Below, piece by piece: positions 34,726 through 45,745 of a DNA stretch of 50,871 bases (the stretch's first letter is position 1; every line of letters begins with the position of its first letter). A program made the position numbers and the translations under genes. Below the pieces are notes generated by a model, which searched no databases, was not told the DNA's origin, and saw only the letters and a list, made by a program, of their open reading frames with translations. The DNA is taken from positions 1-50,871 of the forward strand of contig JAOZQU010000001.1 of NCBI GenBank assembly GCA_029932055.1. The letters are read 5' to 3'. This stretch comes from Desulfocapsa sp. Its GTDB lineage: Bacteria > Desulfobacterota > Desulfobulbia > Desulfobulbales > Desulfocapsaceae.

Positions 34726-35253
34726 TTATTGGGGACTAAGGGTTGCTTTTACCCGGGATGGTTTCTTCTGTTTCCCGGATTCCCCTGCCATGGTTGCCGA
34801 TGGACGACTGCCGACAACCTCTGAGCGTCCTTCATCGAGATAATAGATGATAGTCTCTCCGGTAACCAGGTTTTTATCCTGCCATGCCCGGGCTCCGCCA
34901 CTCAGGATTACTTTGCGGTCTTTAGCAAGGTAGTTCATTGTCTCTCCGGTACCCAGCCATTCATCTTTGGTGATTTCGACATTGCCTGTGCATTTGAGGC
35001 GTTTAACTTCCTGTTTTTTTCCATCTGCTGCGGGTGTGTAATACACTGTCATTTTGTCTGCGCGGATACGAACATCGCCCTGGGCTGCATCAACATTGCC
35101 GCTGAAGAGGACATTGTTATCCTCTTCCAGAGATGTCATGTGATCTGCTTCAATGGTAATCGGCGCACTGGCCGCATAAAGCGGAATGCTGCAGAAAAGA
35201 AGAAAAAGAATGAGCATTGAAAGCAGGGTATATAATTGTTTGTTGTTCACCAT
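34726..35253 (-). CDS. lptA: LPS transport periplasmic protein
   Basis: PITIEAD, F.GNV...QG..I.AD OstA fold; upstream of lptB. Confidence 0.88.
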   Translation of the reverse strand: MVNNKQLYTLLSMLILFLLFCSIPLYAASAPITIEADHMTSLEEDNNVLFSGNVDAAQGDVRIRADKMTVYYTPAADGKKQEVKRLKCTGNVEITKDEWLGTGETMNYLAKDRKVILSGGARAWQDKNLVTGETIIYYLDEGRSEVVGSRPSATMAGESGKQKKPSRVKATLSPQ

Positions 35254-35479
35254 AACTCTCCACAATATAAAAGTAAGAACAGGTAACTATGCAAATAACA
35301 GGCCTATTATAATCGTGACTTTGAGAAAAGTAAAGAAATCCTGGTGATGAATGGAAAAGAAAGATTTCTTTACTTCAACTACCTGAGTCAGTAGAATGGG
35401 AAGTTGTTAATATGGGTTGAGTTGTATGTATTTGATTTAGAAAGATAATATTGCTATTAACAAAAAGGATTAAAAAGAT

Positions 35480-36367
35480 ATGCAGCAAAGTATCGATAGA
35501 GCCAGGGGGTTGATCGAGTCTTTACCCTATATGCAGGAATTTAGGCATAAAACCGTGGTTATTAAATACGGTGGTCATGCCATGGTGGATGAAAATCTGA
35601 AAAAACAGTTTGCCCTTGACATAATCCTGATGAAGCATATCGGAATCAATCCGGTGATTGTTCACGGTGGCGGACCACAGATTAACCAGCTGCTCGACAG
35701 GCTTGAGATTAAACCCAGTTATGTCCAGGGCATGCGAGTCACTGATGGCGAAACCATGAGTGTGGTGGAAATGGTTCTGGTTGGTAAGGTCAACAAAGAG
35801 ATTGTTGGCAATATAAACCATTGTGGCGGCAAGGCTGTTGGGCTTTCCGGTCGGGATGGTGATCTTATTTGTGCCGATAAACTACAGGTGAGTAAAAAGA
35901 GCGATGAGGCCTTAAAAGATGCTCCTCCGGAGCTGATTGATCTGGGTCGGGTGGGGCAGGTGACTAAAGTTAATCCTGAAGTTTTGCATGCTCTTGATAA
36001 GCAGGATTTTATTCCGGTTATTGCGCCTGTTGGTGTTGGAAAAGATGGTCAGGCTTTTAATATAAATGCTGACCTTGTGGCTGGCGCTGTTGCGGGTGAG
36101 TTGAAGGCGGCAAAGCTGATTTTACTCACTGATGTGGCTGGAGTTCAGGATAATGAAGGAACTCTTCTCAGGTCTTTGCAACATGATGATCTGGAAGAGT
36201 ATATTACAAATGAGACCATTGGTGGCGGCATGATTCCTAAGGTTCGATGTTGTGCCGATGCCTTGAGGCGAGGGGTGAGTAAGACCCATATCATTGATGG
36301 TAGGATAGAACACGCCATACTGCTTGAAATATTTACCCGGGAAGGGATAGGAACGGAGATCTTTTGA
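35480..36367 (+). CDS. argB: Acetylglutamate kinase
   Basis: [28 protein letters not shown]. Confidence 0.97.
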   Translation: MQQSIDRARGLIESLPYMQEFRHKTVVIKYGGHAMVDENLKKQFALDIILMKHIGINPVIVHGGGPQINQLLDRLEIKPSYVQGMRVTDGETMSVVEMVLVGKVNKEIVGNINHCGGKAVGLSGRDGDLICADKLQVSKKSDEALKDAPPELIDLGRVGQVTKVNPEVLHALDKQDFIPVIAPVGVGKDGQAFNINADLVAGAVAGELKAAKLILLTDVAGVQDNEGTLLRSLQHDDLEEYITNETIGGGMIPKVRCCADALRRGVSKTHIIDGRIEHAILLEIFTREGIGTEIF

Positions 36368-37572
36368 TGAGTGGAACAAATGCAAGTTGGGCTGAGAGGA
36401 GTGATAAGGTGCAAATAGGAAATTATGCTAGATATCCTGCGGCCATGGTCAAGGGGGAAGGATGCACACTGATTGATGCCGATGGTCGGAAATATCTGGA
36501 CTGTCTGGCAGGCATAGCGGTTTGCAGCCTTGGGCATTGTCATCCGGCGGTAACGGATGCCATCTGTGCGCAGGCTAAAGAGCTGGTTCATGTTTCCAAC
36601 CTCTATTACACCCTTCCGCAGACTGAACTTGGTGAATTGTTAACTGAAAATTCCTTTGCTGATAAAATTTTTCTGGCCAATAGCGGGGCAGAGGCCAATG
36701 AGGCGGCAATAAAGCTTGCCAGGATCTGTGCAGGCCCGGAACGTTACGGCATTATATCTCTAGCCGGTTCTTTCCACGGTAGAACTCTGGCCACAGTGGC
36801 AGCTACCGGCCAGCCCAAGTTACATGAAGGCTTTGAACCCATGCCAGACGGTTTTTCCCATGCACCTTTAGGTAATTTGAATGTGCTGGAGGCCATGATT
36901 ACAAATCAGACCTGCGCCATTATGTGCGAACCTTTACAGGGAGAGAGCGGGGTGCGTCCGCTGGATCGTGAATACCTGAAAGGCGTACAGGAGCTTTGTC
37001 GAAAACATGATCTGCTGCTCATACTCGATGAGATACAGACCGGAATCGGGCGAACCGGAACCTTCTTTGCTTATGAACAGTTAGGTATTGTTCCGGATAT
37101 TATGACTGTGGCCAAGGCCCTTGGTAATGGTTTGCCTATTGGTGCCATGCTCACCAGAAAAGAGCTCGCAGCTTTTTTTGTACCAGGTACTCATGGTTCC
37201 ACATTTGGCGGTAATCCCGTGGCGGCTGCCGGAGCTGTTGCTACTTTAAAAATCATTCTGGAAGAAGGGTTTCTTGCTGAAGTACAGGAAAAGGGTGACT
37301 ATTTGCAGGCAGGACTTGAAAAGCTTGCTGCACGTTTCCCTACTCTTGCTACCGGTGCACGGGGGATGGGGCTGATTCGCGGCTTGGTACTAAGTGAAAA
37401 AGGAGTGGAGCTGGGCGCTGATATGGTGAAGAAAATGTTTGAAAAAGGCGTGCTCATCAATTTTGCCGGGAACGTCGTTCTTCGTTTCCTGCCGCCACTC
37501 ATTATCAGCAGGGAAGAAATTGATCGATTATTGCTCATTTTAGATGAAGTACTGACAGAATGTGCTGACTGA
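36367..37572 (+). CDS. argD: Acetylornithine aminotransferase
   Basis: NSGAEANE, FHGRT, DEIQTGIGRTG, AKALGNG, HGSTFGGNP. Confidence 0.95.
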   Translation: MSGTNASWAERSDKVQIGNYARYPAAMVKGEGCTLIDADGRKYLDCLAGIAVCSLGHCHPAVTDAICAQAKELVHVSNLYYTLPQTELGELLTENSFADKIFLANSGAEANEAAIKLARICAGPERYGIISLAGSFHGRTLATVAATGQPKLHEGFEPMPDGFSHAPLGNLNVLEAMITNQTCAIMCEPLQGESGVRPLDREYLKGVQELCRKHDLLLILDEIQTGIGRTGTFFAYEQLGIVPDIMTVAKALGNGLPIGAMLTRKELAAFFVPGTHGSTFGGNPVAAAGAVATLKIILEEGFLAEVQEKGDYLQAGLEKLAARFPTLATGARGMGLIRGLVLSEKGVELGADMVKKMFEKGVLINFAGNVVLRFLPPLIISREEIDRLLLILDEVLTECAD

Positions 37573-37719
37573 CCTATCCTTTTCACGAAAGTCTTTGCAA
37601 ATCAATCCTGTTTTGGGTAAATATGATTTCTTTCCCCCAAAATAAAGCGATAGGGCTCGGGGATATCGTTAAAAAGGCGGAATTATATTCTAAACCGCCT
37701 GTGAAAAAAGATATGAATC

Positions 37720-38637
37720 ATGGTACGCCACTTACAGTCATTACAAGATTTTAGCAAAGAAGAACTGAATAGTTTTATTGATCGCGCTATTGTGCTTAAA
37801 AAAGAGCGTCTCGCTGGAGTCAGCCATCAGCAGTTAGCCGGCAAAACAGTTGGGATGATATTTGAAAAACCATCCACCAGAACCAGGGTATCCTTCGAGT
37901 CCGCGATGTATGGACTGGGTGGGCAGGTGATTTTCCTTTCCGGTCGTGATACTCAGCTTGCCCGTTCCGAACCCTTGAAAGATATGGCAAGGGTGATGAG
38001 TCGCTATGTGGACGGTATGGTCGTGCGAACATTTGGCCAGGAGGTGGTGACCGAACTTGCAGAGTACTCCTCTGTGCCGGTTATCAATGCCTTGACAGAT
38101 CTCCATCATCCCTGTCAGATTTTGAGCGATATCATGACTGTTGTGGAGCAAAAGGGAAATATTGAAGATTTGAAAATTGCCTGGGTCGGTGATGGAAATA
38201 ACATGGCTAACTCATGGATTCAGGCTGCCGGACGGATCGGTTTTGAACTGATTCTAGCATGCCCTGAAGGCTATGATCCTGATCCTGAGATTATGGCTGC
38301 AGCTCAGAAAGAGACAGCAAAGCCAATCTCGGTTACGCGTAGTCCGGAAGAGGCAGTCGCAACAGCCGATGTAATCAATACGGATGTCTGGGCGTCCATG
38401 GGGCAGGAAGATGAGCAGGACGAACGCCTTGCTATTTTTCAGTCTTTCCAGATTAATGCGCAACTTATGGCCAAGGCTCCGGCTGATGCCATTGTTTTAC
38501 ATTGTCTTCCTGCACATCGTGAAGAAGAGATTACAGAAGAAGTTCTGGAGTCTGATCGTTGTGTGGCTTTCGATCAGGCAGAGAACAAAATGCATATGCA
38601 TAAGGCAATCCTAGAACAACTCATTGTTGGTAAGTGA
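37720..38637 (+). CDS. argF: Ornithine carbamoyltransferase
   Basis: STRTR, HPCQ, DVWASMG, HCLP. Confidence 0.97.
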   Translation: MVRHLQSLQDFSKEELNSFIDRAIVLKKERLAGVSHQQLAGKTVGMIFEKPSTRTRVSFESAMYGLGGQVIFLSGRDTQLARSEPLKDMARVMSRYVDGMVVRTFGQEVVTELAEYSSVPVINALTDLHHPCQILSDIMTVVEQKGNIEDLKIAWVGDGNNMANSWIQAAGRIGFELILACPEGYDPDPEIMAAAQKETAKPISVTRSPEEAVATADVINTDVWASMGQEDEQDERLAIFQSFQINAQLMAKAPADAIVLHCLPAHREEEITEEVLESDRCVAFDQAENKMHMHKAILEQLIVGK

Positions 38638-38737
38638 CCAGGGCACTGCAGATTCGTACGGTCACAACTGACCGCATAGAAAAGACTATAGCGGTCAGTT
38701 GTGCCTGCACGAATCTGCAGCACCCTGATCACTTACC
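38629..38737. repeat. 109-bp imperfect palindrome overlapping the argF stop codon
   Basis: GGTAAGTGACCAGGG..CTGCAGATTCGT..CACAACTGACCGC / GCGGTCAGTTGTG..ACGAATCTGCAG..CCCTGATCACTTACC. Confidence 0.85.
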
Positions 38738-38818
38738 TGGTTTGGGCTGGTTGTGTAGTAAAAAATAAAGAAAAATAATTTTTGTGGTTTGATATCAGTG
38801 GAGAGGTAGAAAATAATA

Positions 38819-40015
38819 ATGGATGTGAATAAAATCGTTCTTGCTTATTCCGGTGGCCTGGATACTTCGGTAATCCTGAAATGGCTGGCTGAAGAGTATC
38901 AGTGCCCTGTTGTTGCCTATGCAGCTGATGTTGGACAGACTGAAGACTGGGACACTATTCGGGAAAAAGGTATGGCAACCGGTGCTGAAAAAGTAATCAT
39001 CTCTGATCTTCGAAAAGAATTTGTCGAAGATTATATCTTTCCTGCCTTTCGTTGCAATGCCATTTATGAAGGATCGTATCTTCTTGGAACGTCTCTTGCC
39101 AGACCTATTATTGGTAAAGAGCAGGTGCGTATCGCCCATCAGGAAGGTGCAGATGCTGTGAGTCATGGCGCCACAGGTAAAGGGAACGATCAAGTTCGTT
39201 TTGAGCTTTCTTATCTTGGTATTGATCCAAATCTTAAAATCATTGCTCCCTGGCGTATCTGGGATCTGAATTCCCGGGCAAAGCTTGAAGTGTTTGCTCA
39301 ACAACATAATATCCCGGTACCCACCACCAAGAAAAACCCCTACAGTTCTGATGAGAATATTCTTCATATCAGCTTTGAAGGCGGATTGCTTGAAGATCCG
39401 TGGAATGAGCCGGATGAAGATATGTATAGGCTTTCTGTATCTCCTGAAAATGCACCGGACAAAGCCACCTATCTCGAGATAGATTTTGAGAAGGGTGATC
39501 CCGTTGCCATTGACGGTGAACGAATGGATCCTCTGCCGCTGTTCGAAGCATTAAACAAAGTTGCTGGTGCTAATGGCATTGGTCGCCTTGATCTGCTTGA
39601 GAATCGTTTTGTGGGTATGAAATCCCGTGGCGTGTATGAAACTCCAGGTGGAACTCTTTTGCGCAACGCGCACCGGGATCTTGAAACCATGTGTATGGAT
39701 CGGGAAGTGATGCGAATCAGGGATTCTCTGGTTCCCCGTTATGCTGAGATTGTTTATAATGGCTTTTGGTTCTCGCCCGAGCGTGAACTGCTGCAGGTCA
39801 CCATGGATGAGAGCCAGAAGACAGTGAATGGAACAGTGCGCATGAAGCTGTATAAAGGAAACTGCGTGTCTGTTGGTAAGAAATCTGATCAATCACTGTA
39901 TCAGGAGAGTTTTGCCACCTTTGAAGAGGATGATGTTTATAACCAGGCCGATGCCGGTGGTTTTATTCGCCTCAATGGTCTTCGACTACAGATTGTCGCC
40001 ATGCAGAAAAAGTAA
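38819..40015 (+). CDS. argG: Argininosuccinate synthase
   Basis: [34 protein letters not shown]. Confidence 0.98.
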   Translation: MDVNKIVLAYSGGLDTSVILKWLAEEYQCPVVAYAADVGQTEDWDTIREKGMATGAEKVIISDLRKEFVEDYIFPAFRCNAIYEGSYLLGTSLARPIIGKEQVRIAHQEGADAVSHGATGKGNDQVRFELSYLGIDPNLKIIAPWRIWDLNSRAKLEVFAQQHNIPVPTTKKNPYSSDENILHISFEGGLLEDPWNEPDEDMYRLSVSPENAPDKATYLEIDFEKGDPVAIDGERMDPLPLFEALNKVAGANGIGRLDLLENRFVGMKSRGVYETPGGTLLRNAHRDLETMCMDREVMRIRDSLVPRYAEIVYNGFWFSPERELLQVTMDESQKTVNGTVRMKLYKGNCVSVGKKSDQSLYQESFATFEEDDVYNQADAGGFIRLNGLRLQIVAMQKK

Positions 40016-40046
40016 ATAATCCCAGGCACCACATCTTCGTGTGTGG

Positions 40047-40133
40047 TCTTGTTACACCGCTCTGCGGTGTAACTTCCCGGAAGTAGCGCAGAGCGCTGGA
40101 TACAACGTTACACCGCAGAGCGATGTAACGAGA
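40047..40133. repeat. REP doublet (REPIN/BIME-like)
   Basis: Inverted GTTACACCGCTCTGCGGTGTAAC and GTTACACCGCAGAGCGATGTAAC with a central AGCGCAGAGCGCT hairpin. Confidence 0.8.
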
Positions 40134-40150
40134 ATAGCTGAAGTGGATAG

Positions 40151-41563
40151 ATGAAAGTGGATAGTAAAAATAAAAAATCACAAAAATTATGGGGTGGGCG
40201 TTTTGAAGAGGCGACTGCTGCCTCCGTGGAAGCATTCACCGAATCCATCAGTTACGATCGTCGTCTGTATTCGTATGATATAATGGGAAGCAAGGCCCAT
40301 GCTACCATGCTGGCAGCCAATGGCCTGCTTTCAAACGAGGAACTGACTGCGATCATTGATGGACTCAGTTCCATCGAGACCAGGATTGATGAGGGGAATT
40401 TTGCTTTCAAAAGTGAGCTTGAAGATATTCATATGAATATCGAAAAGGCACTTATTGATGATATTGGGCCGGCTGGCGCGAAATTGCACAGTGGTCGCAG
40501 TAGAAATGATCAGGTTGCGCTGGATTTTCGTCTCTATCTTCGTGATCAGTGTGATTGTTTTATGCTGCTTCTTGATGAAGCGCGCCGTGCTGTTGTCAGT
40601 CTGGCCAGAAAGTATATGGGACAGGTGATGCCCGGTTATACCCATACTCAGCGGGCACAACCCGTACTTATTTCTCATCACATGATGGCCTATTATGAGA
40701 TGTTTGGTCGTGATGGTGAGCGGATTGCAGATTGCAGAAAACGAATCAATATTTCGCCCCTGGGTGCGGCAGCCATGGCCGGAACCGGTTTGCCCATAGA
40801 CAGGGAAATGGTTGCTGATCTTCTGGGTTTTGACGGTGTCACCGCTAATTCCATGGATACTGCCGGTGACCGTGATTTTGCCATCGAGTTTTTGTCCTGC
40901 TGCACCATGATTCAGCTCCATCTTTCTCGTCTTTCTGAAGAGCTGGTACTCTGGTCCAGCCAGGAATTTGCTTTTGTTACAATTGCGGACAAGTTCTGTA
41001 CCGGCTCTTCCATCATGCCACAGAAAAAAAATCCGGATATCCCGGAATTGATCCGTGGTAAATCAGGTCGGGTGGTGGGGAGTCTCATGTCGCTCATTAC
41101 TTTGACAAAGGGCTTGCCTTTGACCTACAATCGTGATCTGCAGGAAGATAAAGAACCGGTTTTTGATGCTGTGGATACGGTTTCCGCATCCCTTTCCATC
41201 ATGGCAGAGATGCTTGCTAATCTCAGTTTTAACTCGCAGCGACTGGAAGAAGCCACCAAAACAGGTTTCATGACCGCTACAGACCTGGCAGACTACCTTG
41301 TGCTTCACAATGTACCCTTTCGTGAGGCACATGGTATTGTGGGAAGAGCTGTTGCCGTCTGCATTGAAAAAGGATGTGAACTGACGGAGTTAAGTCTTGA
41401 GCAAATCCGGGAGTTTTCCCCGGTGATTGATAAGGATGTGTTTGAAGTCTTGAGCGTCGAAGGTTCTGTAAATTCAAGAATCTCGACTGGAGGAACCGCG
41501 ACACTGCGGGTTGAAGAGGCAGTACAGGCTGCTGAAAAACAAATGGGCATTGTTGGAGATTGA
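40151..41563 (+). CDS. argH: Argininosuccinate lyase
   Basis: LWGGRF, GRSRNDQV, GSSIMPQKKNPD. Confidence 0.98.
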   Translation: MKVDSKNKKSQKLWGGRFEEATAASVEAFTESISYDRRLYSYDIMGSKAHATMLAANGLLSNEELTAIIDGLSSIETRIDEGNFAFKSELEDIHMNIEKALIDDIGPAGAKLHSGRSRNDQVALDFRLYLRDQCDCFMLLLDEARRAVVSLARKYMGQVMPGYTHTQRAQPVLISHHMMAYYEMFGRDGERIADCRKRINISPLGAAAMAGTGLPIDREMVADLLGFDGVTANSMDTAGDRDFAIEFLSCCTMIQLHLSRLSEELVLWSSQEFAFVTIADKFCTGSSIMPQKKNPDIPELIRGKSGRVVGSLMSLITLTKGLPLTYNRDLQEDKEPVFDAVDTVSASLSIMAEMLANLSFNSQRLEEATKTGFMTATDLADYLVLHNVPFREAHGIVGRAVAVCIEKGCELTELSLEQIREFSPVIDKDVFEVLSVEGSVNSRISTGGTATLRVEEAVQAAEKQMGIVGD

Positions 41564-41565
41564 AG

Positions 41566-42618
41566 ATGTTTACAAAAACGCATGTCGCAGGGGCAATACT
41601 CCTTACTGGAACGCTACTTCTGGCCGGAGGCTGTGGGTTTAAGACAGATCCCGTTCCACCGGATTCCATTGTACCCAAGGCGATTGAAGATCTACGACAC
41701 TCGGTGAGTGAAAAAGGTGTGGTTCTGACCTGGTCTTTCCCCACAGAAACCATCAGAGGCACTGACCTGACTGATATCTCAACTTTTGATGTGTATCGGG
41801 CTGTGATACCAGTGGAAGATTATTGTCCCACCTGCCCCATTCCTTTCAGCGAGGCAATGCAGGTTCCAGGCGGAGTAGTGGATCCTGAAGGAACACGACA
41901 GGGAACTTACACGACAGCACTTCTTCGTTCCGGTCATAAATATTTTTTCAAGGTACATGCGAGAACAAGCTGGTGGGCAGCGAGTACGGCTTCGAATATT
42001 GTTTCTTTTGTCTGGCATATTCCGGCCAAAGGGCCAGAGGGTGTGAAGGCTGAAGGCGCTGACTCCAGTGCCATTGTCAGTTGGCGGCCTGTGACAAAGC
42101 TTATGGATGGTCAAGATGCAAGCTATCCTCTGTTTTACCAGGTACAGCGCAGTAAGGACAATGTGGGTTTTGCCAATATTGGGAATTCAACAGCTGAAAC
42201 ACGCTTTGTTGATTCCGCTTTGAAAAACGGAGTGACCTATTATTATAAGGTGCAGTCAATCCTTATGGTTGATGGCAATGCTGTAAGCGGTGGCCTGTCA
42301 GAGTCTGTAAGCGCTATTGCTGTTGATCAGACCCCGCCTGCTCCTCCCACAGGGATTACTGTGGTTCGAACCGGTGGTGGTATTAAGGTCTTCTGGGATA
42401 AATCCCATGAGGCGGATGTTAAGGGTTACAGAGTGTATCGACGTGGTGCAGCAGAGAAAACAGCGAAGTTTATAGGTGATGTGAGTAGCGTCTATACCAT
42501 TTTTGAAGACACGGGAGTGTCTGGAGATGGCAGCTATTATTATTCTGTGACGGCTTATGACCAGATGGAAACAGCAAATGAGAGTGAAAAATCTCGTGAG
42601 GCCGGTGTTCGACATTAA
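41566..42618 (+). CDS. Lipoprotein with fibronectin type III repeats
   Basis: Lipobox AGGC then GFKTDPVPP; three FN3-like repeats (L.W...Y.VYR...YYY.V). Confidence 0.85.
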   Translation: MFTKTHVAGAILLTGTLLLAGGCGFKTDPVPPDSIVPKAIEDLRHSVSEKGVVLTWSFPTETIRGTDLTDISTFDVYRAVIPVEDYCPTCPIPFSEAMQVPGGVVDPEGTRQGTYTTALLRSGHKYFFKVHARTSWWAASTASNIVSFVWHIPAKGPEGVKAEGADSSAIVSWRPVTKLMDGQDASYPLFYQVQRSKDNVGFANIGNSTAETRFVDSALKNGVTYYYKVQSILMVDGNAVSGGLSESVSAIAVDQTPPAPPTGITVVRTGGGIKVFWDKSHEADVKGYRVYRRGAAEKTAKFIGDVSSVYTIFEDTGVSGDGSYYYSVTAYDQMETANESEKSREAGVRH

Positions 42619-42620
42619 TT

Positions 42621-43892
42621 ATGAATCATTTTGAATATAAAGAAGGTGAACTCTTTTGTGAAGATGTGTCTGTAACACAGATTGCCCAAGAGGTTGGGAC
42701 TCCCTTTTATCTCTATTCCAAGGCAACCCTGATCCGTCATTTCCATGCCTTTGACTCAGGATTTGAGGGTGTCGATCACCTCACCTGTTTTGCAGTGAAG
42801 AGTTGCTCAAATATTGCGGTTCTCTCTCTGTTTGGAAATCTTGGTGGAGGCGCTGATATTGTTTCTGGCGGCGAACTGTTTCGTGCTCTCAAGGCCGGTA
42901 TAGATCCCAAACGGATTATTTATTCAGGTGTGGGTAAAACAGAAGAGGAGTTGCGTTATGGCATTAAATCCGGGATTCTCCTTTTTAATGTTGAATCGGA
43001 GCAGGAACTGCATCGCTTAAATAAAGTAGCAGGAGATATGGGCGTGAAAGCTCCTGTTGCCTTTCGGGTGAATCCTGATGTGGATGCCAAAACCCATGCC
43101 TATATTTCCACAGGTCTTGCCAAAAATAAATTTGGTATTCCTATTGATGAGGCCCTGGATTTGTACATACAGGCGGCAGAGTTGGAGGGAGTTGAGGTCA
43201 AGGGGGTGAGTTGCCATATCGGTTCCCAGTTGACCCTTATTTCTCCATTTGTTGAGACTCTGCGGAAGCTTAAGGCTTTTGTTGGGCGTCTGACAGACAA
43301 CGAAATCAGCATTGATTATCTTGATCTTGGCGGTGGTGTGGGAATAACCTATGATGATGAAGAACCGCCCCACCCCAAAGAGTACGCAAAGGCTATTAAA
43401 GAAGAATTGGCCGATTTGCCGGTTACTTTGATCCTTGAGCCCGGCCGGGTCATTGTTGGTAATGCCGGTATTATGGTCACCGAGGTGCAGTATACCAAGA
43501 CTAATCGTGGCGGAGAGAAAGAGAAAAACTTTGTGGTGGTTGATGCGGGCATGAATGATCTTACCCGACCCAGTCTTTATGGAGCGTTTCACGCCATTCA
43601 ACCGGTGAGTCAAAAAAATGTTGCTACGCAGGTGGTGGATATTGTGGGCCCGATTTGCGAGACCGGTGATTTTCTGGCAAAAGATCGTGAATTTCCGAAA
43701 GTGGAACAGGGCGATTTACTGGCGGTGATGAGTGCAGGAGCGTACGGTTTTACCATGGCTTCCACCTATAATTCCAGACCGCGTGGAGCTGAAGTGCTGG
43801 TTTCCGGTGATCGGTTTGCAGTAATTCGTACACGTGAAACCATGGAATCGCTGATTCAGGGTGAGAGCATCCCTGAGTTTTTGGAGAGTTGA
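42621..43892 (+). CDS. lysA: Diaminopimelate decarboxylase
   Basis: FAVKS, HIGSQ, EPGR, GPICETGD, GAYG. Confidence 0.97.
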   Translation: MNHFEYKEGELFCEDVSVTQIAQEVGTPFYLYSKATLIRHFHAFDSGFEGVDHLTCFAVKSCSNIAVLSLFGNLGGGADIVSGGELFRALKAGIDPKRIIYSGVGKTEEELRYGIKSGILLFNVESEQELHRLNKVAGDMGVKAPVAFRVNPDVDAKTHAYISTGLAKNKFGIPIDEALDLYIQAAELEGVEVKGVSCHIGSQLTLISPFVETLRKLKAFVGRLTDNEISIDYLDLGGGVGITYDDEEPPHPKEYAKAIKEELADLPVTLILEPGRVIVGNAGIMVTEVQYTKTNRGGEKEKNFVVVDAGMNDLTRPSLYGAFHAIQPVSQKNVATQVVDIVGPICETGDFLAKDREFPKVEQGDLLAVMSAGAYGFTMASTYNSRPRGAEVLVSGDRFAVIRTRETMESLIQGESIPEFLES

Positions 43893-43894
43893 AG

Positions 43895-44737
43895 ATGAGC
43901 ATTGAATTCCCTGTAACGTTTGCCAAAATGAGTGGTACAGGTAATGATTTTATTGTCATTGATCATCGAAGGGTGCTGGTGCCTGAAGATGAGCAGGCAG
44001 AGTTTGTCAGCAAGGTGTGCCGTCGGATGTTTTCTGTTGGTGCGGACGGAGTGATCTTTCTTGAAGACTCAGCCAAAGCTGATTTCAGCTGGCGGTTTTA
44101 TAATGGAGATGGATCTGTTGCCGAGATGTGTGGTAATGGTGCCAGATGTGCTGCTCGTTTTGCTCATGCCCGTGGGATTGCGGATAAAAAAATGTCTTTT
44201 GAGACTCTGGCGGGAATCATAGAGGCCGAGGTGTTGGACGAAGGTGATGAGGTGAGTCTGCTGATGACCCCGCCCTTTGATTTTCGTAGCGGCCTGGAAG
44301 TAGAACTTGGCGGCATAACACAGACATTATCGTTTATGAACTCCGGGGTTCCCCATGCCGTGCTTTTCATGGATGAGGGAGCAGATATTCCTGTAAAGGA
44401 CTGGGGCCATGAAGTTCGTTTCCATGAGTTGTTCCAGCCGGCAGGAACCAATGTGAATTTTGTCCAGCCCATGGCTGAAGGCGGAATTCGAGTGCGCACC
44501 TACGAGCGTGGTGTGGAAGATGAAACCATGGCTTGTGGTACCGGGGCTGTGGCGGCTGCTATATTTGCAGCAGGTAAAAAAATTGCTTTGTCACCTGTTA
44601 TTGTCACCACCAGTGGCGGTGATAAGTTGACCATTATTTTTGATTTGAATAAGGATGGGAGTGCAGAAAATGTGTATCTGCAGGGCCCGGCAAGAATTAT
44701 TTATATTGGCCAGTTAACGGCCGAGTCACTACTATAA
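43895..44737 (+). CDS. dapF: Diaminopimelate epimerase
   Basis: KMSGTGNDF, EMCGNG, ERGVEDETMACGTG. Confidence 0.97.
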   Translation: MSIEFPVTFAKMSGTGNDFIVIDHRRVLVPEDEQAEFVSKVCRRMFSVGADGVIFLEDSAKADFSWRFYNGDGSVAEMCGNGARCAARFAHARGIADKKMSFETLAGIIEAEVLDEGDEVSLLMTPPFDFRSGLEVELGGITQTLSFMNSGVPHAVLFMDEGADIPVKDWGHEVRFHELFQPAGTNVNFVQPMAEGGIRVRTYERGVEDETMACGTGAVAAAIFAAGKKIALSPVIVTTSGGDKLTIIFDLNKDGSAENVYLQGPARIIYIGQLTAESLL

Positions 44738-44775
44738 TCATACAAAGAGAAATAAATAGAGAGCCAGGAGGCATC

Positions 44776-45657
44776 ATGGAAAAGTATCACGGCGCCATAG
44801 TCGCAATTGTCACCCCGTTTATCAATGGTGAACTCGATGAACAGGGTTTGGTTGATCTTATCGAATTTCAGATCGCCGGCGGAACCCACGGGATTGTTCC
44901 CTGTGGCACAACCGGTGAGTCAGCGACCCTGGATTTTAATGAGCATAAACGGGTTATTGAACTTACAGTGAAGACTGTAAACGGTCGTGTTCCTGTTATT
45001 GCAGGAACAGGTGCCAATAATACCAAAGAGGCCATTGAGCTCACCCAAAGTGCCAAAGATAGTGGCGCCGATGCCGTGCTTTCTGTGACTCCGTATTACA
45101 ACAAACCAAGTCAGGAAGGCTTGTATCAGCATTTTAAAGCTATTTCCGAGGCCGTGGATATATCCACTTTTCTTTATAATGTGCCGAGTCGGACTGCAAT
45201 TAATATGTTGCCGGAAACTGTAGCGCGTCTGTCTGCGATTCCCAATATTATTGGTGTGAAAGAGGCTTCAGGCTCTCTGCAGCAGGTGAGTGAAGTGATC
45301 AGACAATGCCCGAATGATTTTATTGTTCTTTCCGGCGATGATTTCACTTCCATGCCCACAGTATTAGTTGGTGGCAAGGGTGTTATCTCCGTTACTTCAA
45401 ACGTCCACCCCCGTGGCATGGCAGATCTTATGGAAGCAGCACTTGCAGGAGATATCAAAAAAGCAAACGAGATCCATTACAGTCTCTTTCCTTTGATGAC
45501 CTCAATGTTTGCGGCACCCAATCCTGTACCGGCAAAGAAAGGTGTGGAACTCATGGGTAAAATTAAAGATGGTTTGCCTCGTCTGCCGCTGACAGGGATT
45601 GACGATAACGCTTTGCAGACTGTGACCGGTGCCATGAAAGACGCAGGTCTTTTGTAA
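44776..45657 (+). CDS. dapA: 4-hydroxy-tetrahydrodipicolinate synthase
   Basis: GTTGES, PYYNKP, YNVPSRT, GVKEASG. Confidence 0.97.
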   Translation: MEKYHGAIVAIVTPFINGELDEQGLVDLIEFQIAGGTHGIVPCGTTGESATLDFNEHKRVIELTVKTVNGRVPVIAGTGANNTKEAIELTQSAKDSGADAVLSVTPYYNKPSQEGLYQHFKAISEAVDISTFLYNVPSRTAINMLPETVARLSAIPNIIGVKEASGSLQQVSEVIRQCPNDFIVLSGDDFTSMPTVLVGGKGVISVTSNVHPRGMADLMEAALAGDIKKANEIHYSLFPLMTSMFAAPNPVPAKKGVELMGKIKDGLPRLPLTGIDDNALQTVTGAMKDAGLL

Positions 45658-45745
45658 GAAGACAGGCAATCGTTCGCCAGAGATTATGAATTTACAATAA
45701 CCACCGGATTGTAACAGTTTACGAAGATAGCTGAAGGAAAAAGAA

